Below, piece after piece: positions 48,692 through 58,630 of a DNA stretch of 64,000 nucleotides. The notes beneath the pieces were generated by a model that did no database searches, had not been told where the DNA came from, and saw only the letters and a list, made by a program, of their open reading frames with translations. Both the position numbers and the translations under genes were made by a program. The DNA is from an uncultured Actinomycetes bacterium (lineage in GTDB: Bacteria > Actinomycetota > Acidimicrobiia > IMCC26256 > DASPTH01): assembly GCA_963726965.1 (NCBI GenBank), contig CAVSEI010000006.1, positions 454,448-518,447 of the forward strand, in the 5' to 3' direction. How positions within the stretch are numbered: position 1 is the first letter of the stretch; each line of letters opens with the position of its first letter.

Positions 48692-49319
48692 GCTCCCACC
48701 TCTTTCCTTCTTGTTCTTCTTCGTACAACAGGTCGCGCAGGCGCTTGCGGCCCCGGTGCAGGCGCACCTTCGCGGCCGCGACGGAGATCCCGAGCTCCTC
48801 GGCGATCTCCTCGTGTGAGAGGCCGTACACGTCCTTGAGGACGACGAGCACCCGCAGCTTGGGCGCGAGCTGGTCGAGCGAACCCGACAAGCGGGCCAGC
48901 ATCGCCGACTGCTCGGCCGATTCCTCCGGCTGCGCTTCGATCCGGGTCTCCACCGGCTCCTCGAGCAGGGCGTCGAGTGAGTCGGCGCGGTGCCGGCGAC
49001 GGCGCTTCACCGTCGTGTAGGCGGTGTTGGCGGTGATCCGGTACAGCCACGTCGTGAACTGCGCGTCGCCGCGGAAGCCCTTGAGGCCCTTCCAGGCCCG
49101 GAGATAGGTCTCCTGCACCACGTCGCGTGCGTCCTCCTCGTGGGCCGTGAGACGCATCGCGAGCGTGTAGGTGTCGACGTAGGTCCGGCGGACCAACTCG
49201 TCGAAGGCCGGGCGGTCACCGTCGCGGGCGGCGATGACCAGCCGGTCGAGCTCGGTCGGCTCCCTCGGCAGTTCGTTGGTGGTCAACTGAGACTCACCAA
49301 CGTCCTCCGGGGTTACCAA
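48681..49319 (-). CDS. ECF-type sigma-70 family RNA polymerase sigma factor
   Basis: 212 aa. Region 2 FDELVRRTYVDTYTLAMRLT...DVVQETYLRAWKGLKGFRGDAQFTTWLYRITAN. Region 4 VLVVLKDVYGLSHEEIAEELGISVAAAKVRLHRGRKRL. Confidence 0.85.
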   Translation of the reverse strand: MVTPEDVGESQLTTNELPREPTELDRLVIAARDGDRPAFDELVRRTYVDTYTLAMRLTAHEEDARDVVQETYLRAWKGLKGFRGDAQFTTWLYRITANTAYTTVKRRRRHRADSLDALLEEPVETRIEAQPEESAEQSAMLARLSGSLDQLAPKLRVLVVLKDVYGLSHEEIAEELGISVAAAKVRLHRGRKRLRDLLYEEEQEGKRWEHAV

Positions 49320-49337
49320 CCGCGGTGCGGGCCACGC

Positions 49338-49499
49338 TCAGCGGGTCTCCTTGTGGAGCGTGTGTCGGCGGTCGAACCGGCAGTACTTCTTCATCTCGAT
49401 CCGCTCACGATCGTTGGTCTTGTTCTTGATCGTGATGTAGTTCCGCCGTTTGCAGTCTTCACACGCGAGGGTCACCTTGACTCGCTTGTCGCTCGCCAT
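49338..49499 (-). CDS. rpmG: 50S ribosomal protein L33
   Basis: Hand translation gives [53 protein letters not shown]. Confidence 0.9.
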   Translation of the reverse strand: MASDKRVKVTLACEDCKRRNYITIKNKTNDRERIEMKKYCRFDRRHTLHKETR

Positions 49500-49534
49500 T
49501 TCCTAGCTCCTGACGCTTCTCGAGGACCGATCGG

Positions 49535-49608
49535 TAGCGGTGGCGGGACTCGAACCCGCGACAACGCGATTATGAGCCGCGTGCTCTGGCCACCTGAGCT
49601 ACACCGCC
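49535..49608 (-). tRNA. tRNA-Met (anticodon CAT, elongator-like)
   Basis: GGCGGTGTAGCTCAGGTGGCCAGAGCACGCGGCTCATAATCGCGTTGTCGCGGGTTCGAGTCCCGCCACCGCTA. Anticodon loop CTCATAA. Confidence 0.88.
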
Positions 49609-49625
49609 TTACATCCCTGGCGGGA

Positions 49626-49701
49626 TGGAGCCCCCTTACGGACTTGAACCGTAGACCCCTTCCTTACCATGGAAGTGCTCTGCCGACTGAGCTAAGGGGG
49701 C
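49626..49701 (-). tRNA. tRNA-Thr (anticodon GGT), CCA encoded
   Basis: GCCCCCTTAGCTCAGTCGGCAGAGCACTTCCATGGTAAGGAAGGGGTCTACGGTTCAAGTCCGTAAGGGGGCTCCA. Confidence 0.9.
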
Positions 49702-49740
49702 GGAACGGAACAGGATAGCAACGTCGACCCTCGCGCTACC

Positions 49741-50256
49741 GTGCCCGGGATGCACGAGCCTCCGGCCGCGGTCACGATCCGCCTCGCCGAACGGCGCGAC
49801 GCCGGTGGGATCCGGGCGATCTACAACCACTACGTCACCGAATCGACCGCCCTGTTCGACATGGTGCCCCGGACCCTCGACGAGCAGGTCCAGTGGATCG
49901 ACGAGCACTCCGGGGGTCATCCGGCGGTGGTCGCCGAGCTCGACGGCACCATCGTCGGGTTCGGCTCGCTCTCGCGCTTTCGGGCCCGGCCGGCCTACGC
50001 CACCACGGTGGAAGACTCCGTCTACCTCGTCGACGGCCATCAGGGTCGCGGCATCGGGCGCCAGGTGCTCTCCGAGCTGCTGCGGCTGGCCGCGGCCCAC
50101 GGATTCCACGCGGTCATCGCCCGGATCACCGGGGAGAACGAGGCCTCGATCCGGCTGCACGCGGCCTGCGGGTTCGAGATGGTGGGTACGGAGCGGGAGG
50201 TCGGCCGGAAGTTCGGGCGCTGGCTGGACGTGGTCGAGATGCAGCGCATGGTCTGA
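49741..50256 (+). CDS. GNAT-family N-acetyltransferase (phosphinothricin-acetyltransferase-like)
   Basis: 171 aa. IRLAERRDAGGIRAIYNHYVTESTALFD..., YLVDGHQGRGIGRQVLSELL, NEASIRLHAACGFEMVG. Confidence 0.75.
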   Translation: MPGMHEPPAAVTIRLAERRDAGGIRAIYNHYVTESTALFDMVPRTLDEQVQWIDEHSGGHPAVVAELDGTIVGFGSLSRFRARPAYATTVEDSVYLVDGHQGRGIGRQVLSELLRLAAAHGFHAVIARITGENEASIRLHAACGFEMVGTEREVGRKFGRWLDVVEMQRMV

Positions 50257-50267
50257 ACAAGAAAGGT

Positions 50268-50303
50268 CTGAAGACAAGAAGAAGCCCGCCGTACGTGGCG
50301 GGC
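50268..50303 (-). terminator. Rho-independent terminator after tRNA-Tyr
   Basis: Minus strand: GCCCGCC-ACGTAC-GGCGGGC followed by TTCTTCTTGTCTTC. Confidence 0.5.
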
Positions 50304-50315
50304 GGGAGTCAAGAG

Positions 50316-50396
50316 TGGGCCGGGTTGGATTCGAACCAACGTAGATCGCTCAGCAGGTTTACAGCCTGCCCCCTTTGGCCACTCGGGAACCGACCC
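50316..50396 (-). tRNA. tRNA-Tyr (anticodon GTA), long variable arm
   Basis: GGGTCGGTTCCCGAGTGGCCAAAGGGGGCAGGCTGTAAACCTGCTGAGCGATCTACGTTGGTTCGAATCCAACCCGGCCCA. Confidence 0.85.
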
Positions 50397-50451
50397 GGGG
50401 GCGCATACAGTATCAGGCCGCCCCGAATGCCCACCTTCCGGAGACGAGCCC

Positions 50452-50940
50452 ATGCCCACCTTCGACGTCGTGTCCGAACTCGACATGCAGGAGGTCCGCA
50501 ACGGGGTCGACCAGGCCTCGCGTGAGATCTCGACCCGCTACGACTTCAAGAACACCGGCAGCTCCATCGAGCTGAAGGACAAGGAAATCGAGCTCAACAC
50601 CGAGAGCGAGGCGCGGCTCACCGCGCTCACCCAGGTGCTCCAGGAGAAACTGGTGAAGCGCCAGGTCTCACTGAAGGCCCTCGGCTACGGGAAGATCGAG
50701 GAAGCGTCGAAGGGCGCGGTGCGTCAGACCGTCAGCCTCAACGTCGGCATCTCCACCGACAAGGCGAAGGAGATCGGGAAGTTCATCAAGGAGCTGGGCC
50801 TCAAGGGTGTGTCGCACCAGATCCAGGGCGACCAGCTGCGGGTGAGCGGCAAGAAGCGCGACGACCTCCAGACCGCGATCGCCGCGCTCAAAGAGCACGA
50901 CTTCGCGGTCCCGCTGCAGTTCACCAACTTCCGCGACTGA
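50452..50940 (+). CDS. yajQ: YajQ-family nucleotide-binding protein (UPF0234)
   Basis: 162 aa, MPTFDVVSELDMQEVRNGVDQASREISTRYDFKNT... Confidence 0.85.
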   Translation: MPTFDVVSELDMQEVRNGVDQASREISTRYDFKNTGSSIELKDKEIELNTESEARLTALTQVLQEKLVKRQVSLKALGYGKIEEASKGAVRQTVSLNVGISTDKAKEIGKFIKELGLKGVSHQIQGDQLRVSGKKRDDLQTAIAALKEHDFAVPLQFTNFRD

Positions 50941-50951
50941 CACTCCGGGAT

Positions 50952-51777
50952 TCAGTACGCCTCGGTGCGGAGGCGTCGGATGCGCTCCGCGGTCGGGGGG
51001 TGCGAGCTGAACATGCTCCCGAACTGCACCTTGCGACCGGCCAGCGGGTTGATGATGTACGCCTGGGCCTGCGCCGGGTTCACGTTCATCGGCCGTTGCT
51101 TCGCGTAGGCCTCGATCTTCTCGAGCGCCCGCGCGAGCGGCTCACCGTCGTGCAGCAGGTGTGCACCGCTGGCGTCGGCTTCGAACTCGCGTGATCGCGA
51201 GAGCGCCATCTGGAGGAGACCGGCGGCGATCGGCGCCAGGATCATCATCAGGAGCGCGCCGAACACGTTGCCTTCGCCGTCACCGCCGAACCAGAACGCG
51301 ATCCGGGTCGACCAGATGATTCCCATGGCGACGGCCGCCGCGACCGATCCGATGAGGATGTCTCGGTTCTTCACGTGCGAGAGCTCGTGGGCGAGCACGC
51401 CGCGCAGTTCGTCGTCGTCGAGGACCTGCAGGATCCCTTGGGTGACCGCGACGGCGGCGTGGTCGGGGTTGCGACCGGTCGCAAACGCGTTCGGCTGGGC
51501 TTCCGGGGACACGTAGATCCGGGGCATCGGCATGTCGGCGCGCCGGGTCAGGTCTTCGACGATGGCGTAGACCTGGGGCAGTTGCTCGCGTGTCGCCGGC
51601 ACCGCGCGCGGCCTTGATCGCCAACGAGTCACTGAACCAGTACGAGCCCCCGACGAACGCCAAGCCGAGGAGCAGGCCGATCAGCAGCCCGGTGCTGCCA
51701 CCGACGATGACGCCGACGCCCATGAACAGGGCGCCGAGGCCGGCCAGCAGGGCGGCGGTCTTCATTGCGTTCTTCAT
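50952..51777 (-). CDS. htpX: M48-family zinc protease HtpX, frame broken near 51598-51612 as given
   Basis: N-terminal TM part (ORF 51280..51777) reads ...[13 protein letters not shown]. It continues as [18 protein letters not shown]...[10 protein letters not shown]... in the next frame (ORF 50952..51632). Confidence 0.85.
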
Positions 51778-51857
51778 CGTTGCTCACCTCGCTGGGCCCG
51801 GGGAGTGGGCCCGACACTCGTGCAACGCTCGGACCCCGCCCCGCGTTCCCTCGCAGG

Positions 51858-52364
51858 TCAGTCGTAATAGCCGCTGTGGAAGTAGATGCAGGGGACGCCT
51901 TCGGAGCGGAACATGGCGACGTTGCGACGGTCGTCCTCGATGGCGAGGCGCAGTTCGAAGCCGTAGTTGCGGAGGTCCCACACCGACGCCTGTTTGAAGT
52001 CGCGGGCCATCTCGTAGTCGCCCCACGGTCGCATGAGGAGGACGTCCCACCGGATGCGATACCGGCGGAGCCACGCCTCGGTGAGGTGGTGGACCCGCTC
52101 GGGTCGGGCGGTGAGCAGCACGACCCGCAGCGCCGGGTCCACCAGGTCGAGGAGGACCTTGACCTCCTCGATCACCGGGTCGTCGCCGCACGCCTCGAAG
52201 AACGCGTTCCAATTCCGTCTCGGGGCCTCGAGGTAGTGCTGACGGCTGGCGGCGTCGGAGAGCACGCCGTCGATGTCGACGACGACGGCCGGCCCGGGAT
52301 CGATCGTCCCGTCGTGCCAGGTCCAGTGGTCGGGGACGTAGCCCGTCCCCGGGTACCGCGCCAC
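51858..52364 (-). CDS. HAD-superfamily phosphatase-like protein
   Basis: 168 aa. DxDGV motif in VVVDIDGVLSD. The LLTARPE and AIEDD motifs are reminiscent of polynucleotide-kinase-type 3'-phosphatase domains. Confidence 0.55.
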   Translation of the reverse strand: MARYPGTGYVPDHWTWHDGTIDPGPAVVVDIDGVLSDAASRQHYLEAPRRNWNAFFEACGDDPVIEEVKVLLDLVDPALRVVLLTARPERVHHLTEAWLRRYRIRWDVLLMRPWGDYEMARDFKQASVWDLRNYGFELRLAIEDDRRNVAMFRSEGVPCIYFHSGYYD

Positions 52365-52367
52365 CCG

Positions 52368-54339
52368 CTAGTCGTCTTCGGTCGCGGCCGCGAGGTACCG
52401 CGCCTTGATGCCTTCGACGACCGACGGGTCCGCCAACGTCGTCGTGTCCCCCAGCGCCTGGTCCTCGGCGACGTCGCGAAGCAGGCGGCGCATGATCTTG
52501 CCCGAGCGGGTCTTGGGCAGGTCTTCGGTGAACAGCACGGTCTTGGGCTTGGCGATGGGGCCGATGGTGTGCGCCACGTGGTCGCGGAGTTCGGCCACGA
52601 GTGCCTCCGTCGGCTCGTTCCCGGTGCGCAGGATCACGAACGCGCCGATGGCCTGACCGGTGGTCGCGTCCTTGGTGCCGACGACCGCGGCCTCGGCCAC
52701 GGCCGGGTGACCGACGAGCGCGTGCTCGACTTCGGCGGTCGAGATGTTGTGCCCCGAGACGAGCATGACGTCGTCGACCCGACCCAGGAGCCAGAACAGA
52801 CCGTCGTCGTCACGCTTGGCGCCGTCGCCCGCGAAATACCTGCCCGCAAAGCGGCTCCAGTAGGTCTCGCGGTAGCGCTCCGGGTCGCCCCAGATCCCGC
52901 GCAGCATCGACGGCCACGGTCGGGTCAGCACCAGGTATCCCCCACCGGGGATCGCGACCGGCTCACCGGCGTCGTCGACGATGTCGGCACCGATCGCGGG
53001 GAGCGGGAAGGTCGCGCTCCCCGGCTTCAGCGTCGTCGTGCCCGGGAGCGGACTGATCATGATGGCGCCGGTCTCGGTCTGCCACCACGTGTCGACGACG
53101 GGACACCGCTCACCGCCGATGTGGCGCCAGTACCAGATCCACGCCTCGGGGTTGATCGGCTCGCCCACACTTCCGAGCAGACGCAACGACGACAGGTCGC
53201 GACCGTCGGGGAACTGCGGACCCCACTTCATGAACGTCCGGATCGCGGTCGGCGCGGTGTAGAGGATGGTCACGCCGTACTTCTCGATGATCTGCCAGAG
53301 CCGATCCTTCTCGGGGTGATCGGGGGTGCCCTCGTACATCACGCTGGTGGCGCCGTTCATCAGCGGCCCGTAGACGATGTACGAATGACCGGTGACCCAC
53401 CCGACGTCGGCGGCGCACCAGTACACGTCGGTGTCCGGGTGGAGGTCGAAGACGTACTTGTGGGTCCACGCCACCTGGGTGAGGTACCCCCCGGTGGTGT
53501 GCATGATGCCCTTCGGCTTCGCGGTGGTGCCGCTGGTGTACAGCAGGTAGAGGAGATCTTCGGAATCCATCGGCTCCGGCGGGCATTCCGTGGGCTGCGC
53601 GGGCACGAGGTCGTGCCACCACACGTCGCGCCCGTCCGTCATCGGCACGTCCTGCTCGGTGCGGCGCAACACGAGCACCTTCTCGATGGTCGGGCACTCG
53701 GCGACCGCGATGTCGGCGGTCTCCTTCAGCGGGACGATGGTGCCGCGCCGCCACGCGCCGTCACCCGTGATCAACACCTTGGCGCCGGCGTCTTGGATGC
53801 GATCCCGGAGCGAGTCGGAGGAGAACCCACCGAACACGACCGAGTGAGCCGCGCCGATGCGCGCGCAGGCAAGGAGCGCCATCGGGAGTTCCGGCACCAT
53901 CCCGAGGTAGATGTTGACGCGGTCACCCTTCTCCACGCCGAGCGACTTGAGCGCGTTCGCGAGCCGCGCGACATCATGCAGGAGTTCGGCGTAGGTGATG
54001 GTGCGAGTGTCGCCGGGTTCCCCTTCCCAGTGGTACGCAACCTTGTCGCCGGCCCCGGCGTCGACGTGCCGGTCGAGGCAGTTGTACGACCGCGTTCAGC
54101 GTGCCGCCCAGGAACCATTTGGCGAACGGGCGATCCCACTCGAGCACGGTGTGCCACGGCTCGTACCAGTCGAGGAGGTCACGGGCCTGATCGGCCCAGA
54201 ACTTCTCGAAGTCGGCGTCGGCCTCGGTGTACACGTCGGAGGTGCTGATCAGCGCGTCACCCGTGAAACTCGGTGGGGGCGGAAAGGTGCGGCCTTCCAG
54301 GAGCAAGGACTCGATCGTGTCCGACTTGTCGACCATCAC
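52368..54339 (-). CDS. acs: acetyl-CoA synthetase (AMP-forming), frame broken near 54087-54092 as given
   Basis: N-terminus (ORF 53974..54339) reads ...[13 protein letters not shown]. The expected [26 protein letters not shown]...[12 protein letters not shown]... is in the next frame, joining ORF 52368..53936. AMP motif [11 protein letters not shown]. Confidence 0.88.
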
Positions 54340-54388
54340 CCGAACCCCCGTCGCGCTGAAGGAAACCGGGCGTCAGGCTACCCGGACG

Positions 54389-55537
54389 TCACCGCGTGAA
54401 GACCAGGACCCGGTGCGCGCCCAGGCCCGACGGATCGGTGAGCGCGGCGGCCTCGGTCACCCGGCTGCGGTGACGTATCGCTTCGAGATCACCGACGTGC
54501 GCGCGCGCGTCCCACCGATCACGGGCCTCCGTCGCGAGTGCGTCGATGCCGAGGCTGGCGAGCCACGCGGCCTGCGTGGTCTCGGTGGTGAGATGGAAGC
54601 CCGCCCGCCCGGCCGCGTGGACGAGGTATTCGATCGGGACGTCGATGGTGATGTCCTGCTCACCGGGGGTGACGAGGGGCGCCACGCCGCGATCATGGCC
54701 GCGGTACGTCCGGAGCCATCCGCGGTCGCCGCGCTCGACCAACTCCGCGCCGGTGGCCGCGTAGTCGATCACGACGAGTGTCCCGCGCCGGAGCCCGCCC
54801 GCGCACGCATGGAGCCAGTCGGCGATCGCGGTCGGCACCGGCAGTCGGGTACCCACCCGCGCCGCGCCGGCGGCGACGAGCTCGGCTTCGGAGGCGAGCT
54901 CGTCAGCGGCCGGTAACCGCGCTTCCGCGAACTCCTCGCCGTCGACTGCGACCCGCACTTCCATCCAACCATTCGCCGCGAGCTCGACGATGCGGAACGG
55001 CAGGTTGTCGAGCAGCTCGTTGGCGACGATCACCCCGGTGAGGGGAACCGCGGGCAGCTCGGCGAGCGCGGTGGCGATGGGTCCCATGCCGAGGACCGGG
55101 ATCGGCGCGTCCTCGTCGGTGCGCACCATGGGTCCGAGCGCGTCCTCGAACGGTTCGAGCACGAGGAGCTCGCGTTGCGCGGTGCGCAGTTCCGCCGATC
55201 GCTCCACCAGGACGTAGCGGAGCGCGGCCGCGCATTCCGGCGTCGCCGCGAGCACGTCGGCCGCGAGTCGCCCGCGTCCGGCGCCGGCGTCCACCACCAG
55301 GAACGGATCAGGTGCGTCGAGCTCGAGCCACCACTCGTCGAGCGCACGCGCGACGAGGACGCCGAACAAGGGCCCGACCTCGGGACTGGTGACGAAGTCC
55401 CGTCCTGCCCGCCCCGCTCCCCGCGCCCGGGTGAAGAACCCCCCGTCCCCGTAGAGCGCCACTTCGACGAACGCATCGAACGGAATCGGCCCCTCCCGCC
55501 CGATCCTCTCGATCAGCTCGTCGCGAACCGCGCTCAT
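54389..55537 (-). CDS. MidA/NDUFAF7-like class I SAM-dependent methyltransferase (DUF185-type)
   Basis: 382 aa. PIPFDAFVEVALYGDGGFF...GRDFVTSPEVGPLFGVLVA...VVDAGAGRGRL matches the MidA-family signature as I recall it. Confidence 0.7.
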   Translation of the reverse strand: MSAVRDELIERIGREGPIPFDAFVEVALYGDGGFFTRARGAGRAGRDFVTSPEVGPLFGVLVARALDEWWLELDAPDPFLVVDAGAGRGRLAADVLAATPECAAALRYVLVERSAELRTAQRELLVLEPFEDALGPMVRTDEDAPIPVLGMGPIATALAELPAVPLTGVIVANELLDNLPFRIVELAANGWMEVRVAVDGEEFAEARLPAADELASEAELVAAGAARVGTRLPVPTAIADWLHACAGGLRRGTLVVIDYAATGAELVERGDRGWLRTYRGHDRGVAPLVTPGEQDITIDVPIEYLVHAAGRAGFHLTTETTQAAWLASLGIDALATEARDRWDARAHVGDLEAIRHRSRVTEAAALTDPSGLGAHRVLVFTR

Positions 55538-55590
55538 TCACAAAGCTTGTCAGAGCACGTCCGACCCGAGCCGCACGCGGCGATCGAGCG

Positions 55591-57060
55591 TCAGAGCTGG
55601 AACGCCCACTCGCCGACGCGGGCGAAGATCTGCGGGTAGACCCCGACGACGATGACGACGACCGACGTGAGGCCGATCGCCACCGTGAGCGCGGCCGGCA
55701 CCGGCTTCGTCGCCACCGCAGCTTCGGGTGCGGGGTCGTGGAACCAGATCCTGCGGGCCACCGCGGCGTAGTAGAAGAACGCGACGACGGACATCACCGC
55801 CGCGATGACCCCGAGCACGATGGCCGACGGGGAGCTGGCGTCGAGCACGGCGCGGAACATCACGAACTTGGCGAACCATCCTGCGAACGGCGGGATCCCG
55901 GCCAGCGAGAACATGAAGAACGTCATGGTGATCCCGAGCCAGGGTGCGGTCTGGCCGAGCCCGGAGTACGAGTTGATCTCGGCGGTGCCGGTGCGGCGTG
56001 CGACCGCGATCGCCACCGCGAAGGCACCGAGGTTCATGGCCGCGTAGATGAAGAGGTAGATGACGACCGCTTCGAACGAAGACCGCGCCGCCGAACCGTC
56101 GCCCGCGACCGCGAGGGGCACGAGGATGAAGCCCCCTTGCGCGATCGACGAGTAGGCCAGCATGCGGATGATGTTGGTCTGGCGGAGCGCGACCAGGTTC
56201 CCGAAGATCATCGATGCGGCCGACAGGACCCAGAGCACCGGCTCCCACGAATCCTGCGACGGGAAGAACCCGAACTTGATGATGGTGAGCAGCGCGACGA
56301 ACCCACCCGCCTTGGACGCGACGGACAGGAAGGCGGTGACCGGGGTGGGCGCGCCCTCGTAGGTGTCGGGGGTCCAGAAGTGGAACGGCACCGCGCTGAT
56401 CTTGAACGCGAAGCCGGCGATGGTGAGAAAGATGGCGACCGCGAGCAGGGTCGTGGTGCCGTGGACCTCGATGTAACGCGAGATGTCGCGCAGCAGCGTC
56501 GATCCGCCCGTCTCGCCGAAGACGATCGACATCCCGTAGAGCATGATCGCCGACGACAACACGCCGATGATGAAGTACTTGATCGCGGCTTCGTTGGACT
56601 TCGAGTCGTGTTTGCGCCATCCCGCGAGGACGAACGTCGGAATCGTGATGGTCTCCAGCGCGACGAAGATCGAGATGAGATCTCTCGCCGATGCCATCGC
56701 CAGCATGCCCAGCACCGACGTGAGCATCAGGAAGTAGAACTCGCCCTGGTAGTAGTCGCCGTCCGAGATGTAGTCAGACGACATCAGCAGGACGACGTAC
56801 GTGACGACGAGGAAGAAACCTTGGAACGCGAGCGCGTAGTTGTCGATGACGAACGCGCCGCCGAAGAGGGATCGCTGCGTCCCGTCCGCCGCCAACGTGA
56901 TCACCGGGATGAGCGCCGCGAGTACGCCGACCGACGCGATGCGCGAACTCGTGAACCGGGAGCGCTCCGGCCAGATGAGATCGGCGAGCAACACGACGAT
57001 GATCGTCGCGGTGAGAACGAGCTCGGGCGCGAGCGCGTGGAAGTCGACGTGCGGATTCAC
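55591..57060 (-). CDS. nuoN: NADH-quinone oxidoreductase subunit N
   Basis: 489 aa polytopic antiporter-like subunit, last in the nuo order. Confidence 0.88.
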   Translation of the reverse strand: MNPHVDFHALAPELVLTATIIVVLLADLIWPERSRFTSSRIASVGVLAALIPVITLAADGTQRSLFGGAFVIDNYALAFQGFFLVVTYVVLLMSSDYISDGDYYQGEFYFLMLTSVLGMLAMASARDLISIFVALETITIPTFVLAGWRKHDSKSNEAAIKYFIIGVLSSAIMLYGMSIVFGETGGSTLLRDISRYIEVHGTTTLLAVAIFLTIAGFAFKISAVPFHFWTPDTYEGAPTPVTAFLSVASKAGGFVALLTIIKFGFFPSQDSWEPVLWVLSAASMIFGNLVALRQTNIIRMLAYSSIAQGGFILVPLAVAGDGSAARSSFEAVVIYLFIYAAMNLGAFAVAIAVARRTGTAEINSYSGLGQTAPWLGITMTFFMFSLAGIPPFAGWFAKFVMFRAVLDASSPSAIVLGVIAAVMSVVAFFYYAAVARRIWFHDPAPEAAVATKPVPAALTVAIGLTSVVVIVVGVYPQIFARVGEWAFQL

Positions 57061-58611
57061 TTACAACGCTCTCGACAGCCCGTGGACCAGCTGCGTGACG
57101 GGAAGGTCGGTCATCTTGAAGATCAACTGTGGGTAGATGCCGAGGGCGATGATCAGCCCGAGGAGCGGCGCCCACGCGATCCACTCCGACACGTGGACGT
57201 CGTGGATGTGGGCGTGCTCGAACTCCGGCTTCACCTTGCCCATCGCCACCCGCTGGAACATCCAGAGGAGGTAGCCGGCGGCCAGCACGGTGCCGATGGC
57301 GGCGATCACCATGTAGGTGCGGAACGTCCAGAGCGTGCCGTCGCTGCCACCCCACAATCCGAACGGCAGGGTGGGGTTGTAGGCCGACAGGATCGACGGG
57401 AACTCACCCCAGAACCCCGCCAGTCCGGGCAGACCCAGTGACGCCATGGCCGAGAACCCGAGCAGCCAGCCGAGGTGCGGAGCCTGGGTGAGGATGCCGC
57501 CGAGACGGCTGATCTCGCGGGTCCCGTAGCGCTCCTGGATTGAACCGGCGAGGAAGAACAGCATGCCGGTGATCAGACCGTGCGCGACCATCCCGAAGAT
57601 GGCGGCGTTGATGCCGAAATCGGTGAGGGTGGCGATGCCGAGCATCACGAAGCCCATGTGCGCAACCGACGAGAACGCGATGAGGCGCTTCATGTCGCGT
57701 TGCGCGAGGCAACACAATGCGCCGTAGATGATGCCGATCACCGCGAGCAGGCCGATCCACGGCGCCCACGACTGCGCCGCGCTCGGGAGCATCGGCAGCG
57801 CGATGCGGATGAAGCCGTAGGTACCGAGCTTCAGCATGATCGCGGCCAGGAGCACCGAGCCGACGGTCGGCGCCTCGGTGTGGGCGTCGGGCAGCCAGGT
57901 GTGGAAGGGGAACATCGGGACCTTGATCGCGAACCCGAGGAACATGCCCCCGAAGATGAGGAGTTGCGTGCCGTGGACGATCCCGTCGCCGTGGAGACGC
58001 GTCAGCGTGACCATGTCGAAGGTGTGCACCTTCGAGAGGAAGAAGAGCGACAGGAAGCTCAAGAGCATCAGCGCGGAACCGAACAGGGTGAAGAGGAAGA
58101 ACTTGATCGATGCGTACTCGCGGTTCGGTCCGCCCCACACGCCGATCATGAAGAACATCGGGAGCAGGACGATCTCGAAGAAGATGAAGAAGAGGATCAG
58201 GTCCTGGGCGACGAACGTGCCGATCATGCCCGTCTCGAGCAGGAGGATCAGCGCGAGGAACGCCTTCGGGTTGTGGGGCTCGGGGAAGTGGTTCCACGAG
58301 TAGATGATGCACACCACGGTGATGAGCATCGTGAGGAGCACCATCGGCAGCGAGATGCCGTCGATCCCCACGTGGTAGCGGCTGTTGATGACCTCGATCC
58401 AACGCTCGTTGGCCTGGAACTGCAGATGGCCGTCGTCGAGGTTGAAGTTGGCCAGGATGCCGATGCCGACCGCGCCGGTGAGCAGGGTGGTTGCCAGCGC
58501 GGCCACCTTGATCAGGTTTTCCTCGGCCTTCGGGATCATCAGCACGATCACCATGCCGACGATGGGGATGAAGACCGCCAGCGTCAGGGCCCAGTCGTCG
58601 AACCAGTCCAT
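57061..58611 (-). CDS. nuoM: NADH-quinone oxidoreductase subunit M
   Basis: 516 aa antiporter-like subunit. ...FPFHTWLPDAHTEAPT... Confidence 0.9.
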   Translation of the reverse strand: MDWFDDWALTLAVFIPIVGMVIVLMIPKAEENLIKVAALATTLLTGAVGIGILANFNLDDGHLQFQANERWIEVINSRYHVGIDGISLPMVLLTMLITVVCIIYSWNHFPEPHNPKAFLALILLLETGMIGTFVAQDLILFFIFFEIVLLPMFFMIGVWGGPNREYASIKFFLFTLFGSALMLLSFLSLFFLSKVHTFDMVTLTRLHGDGIVHGTQLLIFGGMFLGFAIKVPMFPFHTWLPDAHTEAPTVGSVLLAAIMLKLGTYGFIRIALPMLPSAAQSWAPWIGLLAVIGIIYGALCCLAQRDMKRLIAFSSVAHMGFVMLGIATLTDFGINAAIFGMVAHGLITGMLFFLAGSIQERYGTREISRLGGILTQAPHLGWLLGFSAMASLGLPGLAGFWGEFPSILSAYNPTLPFGLWGGSDGTLWTFRTYMVIAAIGTVLAAGYLLWMFQRVAMGKVKPEFEHAHIHDVHVSEWIAWAPLLGLIIALGIYPQLIFKMTDLPVTQLVHGLSRAL

Positions 58612-58630
58612 TGGAACGATTCCCCTCGAA

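Noticed and set aside
49535-50396. tRNA cluster (Tyr, Thr, Met; Trp at 43111) as the attachment site of an integrative element carrying the sigma/surface-protein cassette or the GNAT.
   Set aside because: No integrase, recombinase or excisionase ORF is present, and I could not see a direct repeat of any tRNA 3' end by eye. The cassette is better described as cargo in a variable slot than as a classical island.
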